Shown in pieces: positions 60,927-64,000 of a stretch of DNA of 64,000 bases. Location of the stretch: contig JBHLMN010000007.1 in NCBI GenBank assembly GCA_048938105.1, positions 64,001-128,000 of the forward strand, read 5' to 3'. Made by a program: the position numbers and the translations under genes. The first letter of the stretch is position 1. Each line of letters opens with the position of its first letter. The notes under the pieces are model-generated. The model was not told the DNA's origin and ran no database searches. It saw nothing but the letters and a program-made list of their open reading frames with translations. Source of the stretch: Promethearchaeota archaeon. GTDB lineage: Archaea; Asgardarchaeota; Heimdallarchaeia; Hodarchaeales; Hodarchaeaceae.

Positions 60927-62045
60927 TTAAATCATTTTCTTTACTACTTCTTCAGCTACTTCTAATGTGGTATTAGAACCACCCATGTCATAAGTTTTTA
61001 CTTTTCCCTCCTTAATAACCGCAGATATCCCCTTTTCAATATTTTTCGCAATTTCTAACAAGGACTGATCTCCTTTGGCACCAAGCCACTCTAATAATAA
61101 TTTCCCTGATAAAATGGCTGCTGTAGGATTTACCTTATATTGCCCCGCATACTTTGGAGCTGACCCATGGGTAGGTTCAAAGAGACCGTAAATATTCCCA
61201 TTAGTTGAGGCGCTAGAAGCAAAACCTAATCCACCTACTAATTGGGCTGCAAGATCGCTGATGATATCACCGAACATATTCGTGGTTACCATGACTCCAT
61301 AATCTTGAGGGTTTTTGATCAACCACATACACATAGCATCGATATTTGTTTCCCACATTTCGACCTCAGGATAATCTTTAGCTACTTCAAAAGCGATTCG
61401 TCGAAACATGCCACATGTTTGACGAATTACATTCGCTTTGTGTATCACAGTAACAGTGGGGTATCCAAATTTCTTCGCATATTCAAAGGCAGTGACTAAA
61501 ATTCTACGACAACCTTTCTCAGTAAATACACGACATGAAACTGTAGTTTTTTCTGGATCAAATTTCTGAAATTTATCTAATGAAACAAGCTGTCTAAATT
61601 CTTCCCCGCTATCATACTCAATTCCAGTATAAAGACCCTCTGTGTTCTCTCTAAATGTGATAAGATCAATATCATCCCGATAGTTGAGAGGATTACCGGG
61701 ATAGGCTTTAGTTGGCCGCATATTAGAGTATAAATCGAAGATTTGGCGTAAGCGTACAATAGGTGACCGATAAGAAATGCCAAATTTCTGGACTGTCTTA
61801 ACCACTTCAGGATCTGTTGTTGGACGAGAAGTAATTGCACCAAATAATGCAGCATCTGTTTCTTTCATTCCCTCAACTGTACGCTCAGGAAGAGGATCTC
61901 CTTCAGCTTTGAAAATATCAAACCCAATATCGAGTGGAATGTATTCTGAATCAAAGTTTGTCGCATCTAGCACAATTCTGGCTGCTTCTAAGACGTCTTT
62001 ACCGATCCCGTCCCCAGGCATATAAGCAATTTTATATTTAGTCAT
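60927..62045 (-). CDS. Isocitrate/isopropylmalate (beta-decarboxylating) dehydrogenase
   Basis: PGDGIG, RENTEGLY, HKANV, NMFGDIISD, FEPTHGSAPK, TYDMGG. Confidence 0.93.
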   Translation of the reverse strand: MTKYKIAYMPGDGIGKDVLEAARIVLDATNFDSEYIPLDIGFDIFKAEGDPLPERTVEGMKETDAALFGAITSRPTTDPEVVKTVQKFGISYRSPIVRLRQIFDLYSNMRPTKAYPGNPLNYRDDIDLITFRENTEGLYTGIEYDSGEEFRQLVSLDKFQKFDPEKTTVSCRVFTEKGCRRILVTAFEYAKKFGYPTVTVIHKANVIRQTCGMFRRIAFEVAKDYPEVEMWETNIDAMCMWLIKNPQDYGVMVTTNMFGDIISDLAAQLVGGLGFASSASTNGNIYGLFEPTHGSAPKYAGQYKVNPTAAILSGKLLLEWLGAKGDQSLLEIAKNIEKGISAVIKEGKVKTYDMGGSNTTLEVAEEVVKKMI

Positions 62046-62061
62046 TTTTTTCCTTCCTATA

Positions 62062-62613
62062 TTATTTGGTCTCCATAAAGATTTTCAGGGGGCCAAAATG
62101 TAAGAAATCACAACGATGGATAATTTCACCTTCGATTGTCCGTCCTGGTCCTTTATCTCCTTCCCAAGAGTGTTGATAAATATTCTGCATGACTTCATAT
62201 GGAAGTTCGTGTTTCATTGCTAGACCAGCTCCTGTTACTGGGTGTCTAAGCCTGTTACCTGTTTTAGATTTCACTACTTTTCCATCTGATGTCTGAGCAA
62301 ATTCGATTGGTTTGCCTATATCGTGTAGAATGGCACTAGCGATAAGAATATCATGATTAATGGGAATGCCCTGCTTTTCCAGCAAATTGGCTGATTGATG
62401 AGCCAGATTTGTTACAATTTTTACATGATCAACAAAACTCACCTTTACTTCAGGAATAACAAGTGTAAAAGGAAATTCCATATTTTTCCATCCACGTCCA
62501 TCGTTACCCATTTTAAGGGCTTCCACACATACATCTATGACCTTCTGCTGTAAATTTTGGTCTGAAATCAGATCTAACTGATTCGAAAATACTTCTCGTA
62601 CGTATTCTTCCAA
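62062..62613 (-). CDS. HD (HDIG) domain phosphohydrolase
   Basis: FT..., H, LHDIGK, RHP, HS, CD motifs. Confidence 0.88.
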   Translation of the reverse strand: MEEYVREVFSNQLDLISDQNLQQKVIDVCVEALKMGNDGRGWKNMEFPFTLVIPEVKVSFVDHVKIVTNLAHQSANLLEKQGIPINHDILIASAILHDIGKPIEFAQTSDGKVVKSKTGNRLRHPVTGAGLAMKHELPYEVMQNIYQHSWEGDKGPGRTIEGEIIHRCDFLHFGPLKIFMETK

Positions 62614-62824
62614 TATTTTCACCTGGATGTATTATAATCTCTTGATTACTCCATTAATCTACAATTTAAAACTAAAAAGGATGAAATCGTCAATCGAATA
62701 AACATTATTATAATTCATCACCAGTTCTGATATAATACCAACAGGCAATTTCTAATTTATCCACAGATTTATAGGATTATATCACTTAATTTGGCGAAAA
62801 TTTTGTTTAATTAACAGATCAGAT

Positions 62825-64000
62825 TTAAAATCCCATCAAATAACTGAGTTTGATTAGTCTTCGTCTTCGATGTCTTCGACCCCATCTCCGCCGCCGTCTT
62901 CGTCGTTGCCTTTCTTTGTCTTCTTCCTTCCTCTTTTTTCTTCGTCTTCGACGTCGTTTTCGTCGTATATCTTCTTCTTTTTCTTCTTCTTCATTCCTCT
63001 TCTTTTCTTTCTCTTGTCGGTACACCAAAAATCCTTCAACTAAGAAAAAAGAGGCAGCCAAAAAAAGGAGAATAAGACCTAAAGGGATAGAAACAAACCA
63101 ATTCATTTCAAAATCCATTTGCATAAATTGAGAAAACGTTAGATCGGTGTTTGGAAGTACAGGTTCCGCTTCCACAGGAATTGAGCCCAATCCAAGTGTA
63201 AATAAATACCAAAGCATTTCTATTGCAATTAAAGCAATTACTAAAACACCTGCAACTGTTTCATGGTTTTTGCGATATTCACGAATTACCAAATATGACA
63301 AGATAAGCAATAAAAACCAAGTTCCAACAGTTATAAGCCCATGGAGCCAATCAGCAGGATGAGACATGAAAGTATCAGGAAGAAAATACCAATGACCATT
63401 TGTATGCTTGAAAAAATAGAACATTTCATCGATTGTATGATGAATAGGAAGCATAAAAAAATAAGGACTTCGCGAACTCACCTCTGCTCTTGAGTATGAA
63501 AGAAAAGGGTTCTGACCAGAGGTCATTTTTATATCAACTTCAATAATTCTCCCTAATAGTGGTACGCTTGTAAATACTGTGGCACTCATATCAATAAGAA
63601 TCATAGGGCTAATAAGTCCCAGAATAAATAGTATAAATCCAAAATAATGCTTAATAAACTGAGGGCTTTCTTTGATGACAATACGATAATTTTTCTTGAT
63701 TCTGTAAAAATAGTCGTTAAATATCAGTTTTATAGAAATATAAGGTTCAGGATAAGCTTCAAATAATGAATGATCTGAAAAAAACTGCTTTCCAGAAACA
63801 AAAATCATGATTCCTAAAAGAACACTCTTGATACCTATTTTTACTAGGGATCCCCAGAAATCACTGTAAAGAATTGTATGATCGATGAAAAGAATAAACC
63901 CAGAGGGAATTAGTGGAAGAAGAAAAAAAAGATTATAAATTATTTTTCTACTTTGTCCATCTTTATACAACTGAAAATCAAGGAGTGTATTTAACCAGGT
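62825..64000 (-). CDS. Polytopic membrane protein with Arg-rich C-terminal tail; 5' end outside window
   Basis: Frame stays open from 63970 to the window edge (TWLNTLLDFQ); multiple TM segments. Confidence 0.75.
   Translation of the reverse strand, partial: TWLNTLLDFQLYKDGQSRKIIYNLFFLLPLIPSGFILFIDHTILYSDFWGSLVKIGIKSVLLGIMIFVSGKQFFSDHSLFEAYPEPYISIKLIFNDYFYRIKKNYRIVIKESPQFIKHYFGFILFILGLISPMILIDMSATVFTSVPLLGRIIEVDIKMTSGQNPFLSYSRAEVSSRSPYFFMLPIHHTIDEMFYFFKHTNGHWYFLPDTFMSHPADWLHGLITVGTWFLLLILSYLVIREYRKNHETVAGVLVIALIAIEMLWYLFTLGLGSIPVEAEPVLPNTDLTFSQFMQMDFEMNWFVSIPLGLILLFLAASFFLVEGFLVYRQEKEKKRNEEEEKEEDIRRKRRRRRRKKRKEEDKERQRRRRRRRWGRRHRRRRLIKLSYLMGF

Overview
AT-rich archaeal chromosomal DNA, most likely Asgard (Heimdallarchaeia/Hodarchaeales-like). 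This is inferred from a Sec61alpha-like SecY, a Rag-type GTPase, two degenerate Rab-like GTPases, archaeal AsnA, TrpB2, a GGGPS-like gene, a SAMP/MoaD and GGTGA/GGAGG Shine-Dalgarno motifs. The backbone is metabolic: two tungsten AORs, two divergent LeuC/LeuD pairs, an IPM/isocitrate dehydrogenase, purH, trpB2, asnA with an Lrp regulator, and three ABC systems. It is interrupted by small patches (about 10.7-16.4, 33.7-37.5, 38.9-40.4 and 52.1-56.2 kb) containing gene debris; the first three also carry secreted proteins with a Thr-rich stalk, a TM helix and a basic tail. No tRNA, rRNA, CRISPR array, integrase or transposase was recognised. Main observations: (1) two surface-protein genes each sit between an intact housekeeping gene (purH; an MFS transporter) and a displaced, diverged copy of that gene's 3' end, suggesting a recurrent cassette-capture process with no local integrase; (2) a Trp-codon cluster (CWRWWHWF*) with alternative hairpins directly upstream of trpB2, resembling a leader-peptide attenuator; (3) a SAMP whose GG motif is masked by a C-terminal extension; (4) an HhH-Rag GTPase-roadblock-like fusion divergent from a pseudo-Rab; (5) a probable AUU start for the GGGPS-like gene. 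All identities and mismatch counts were done by eye.
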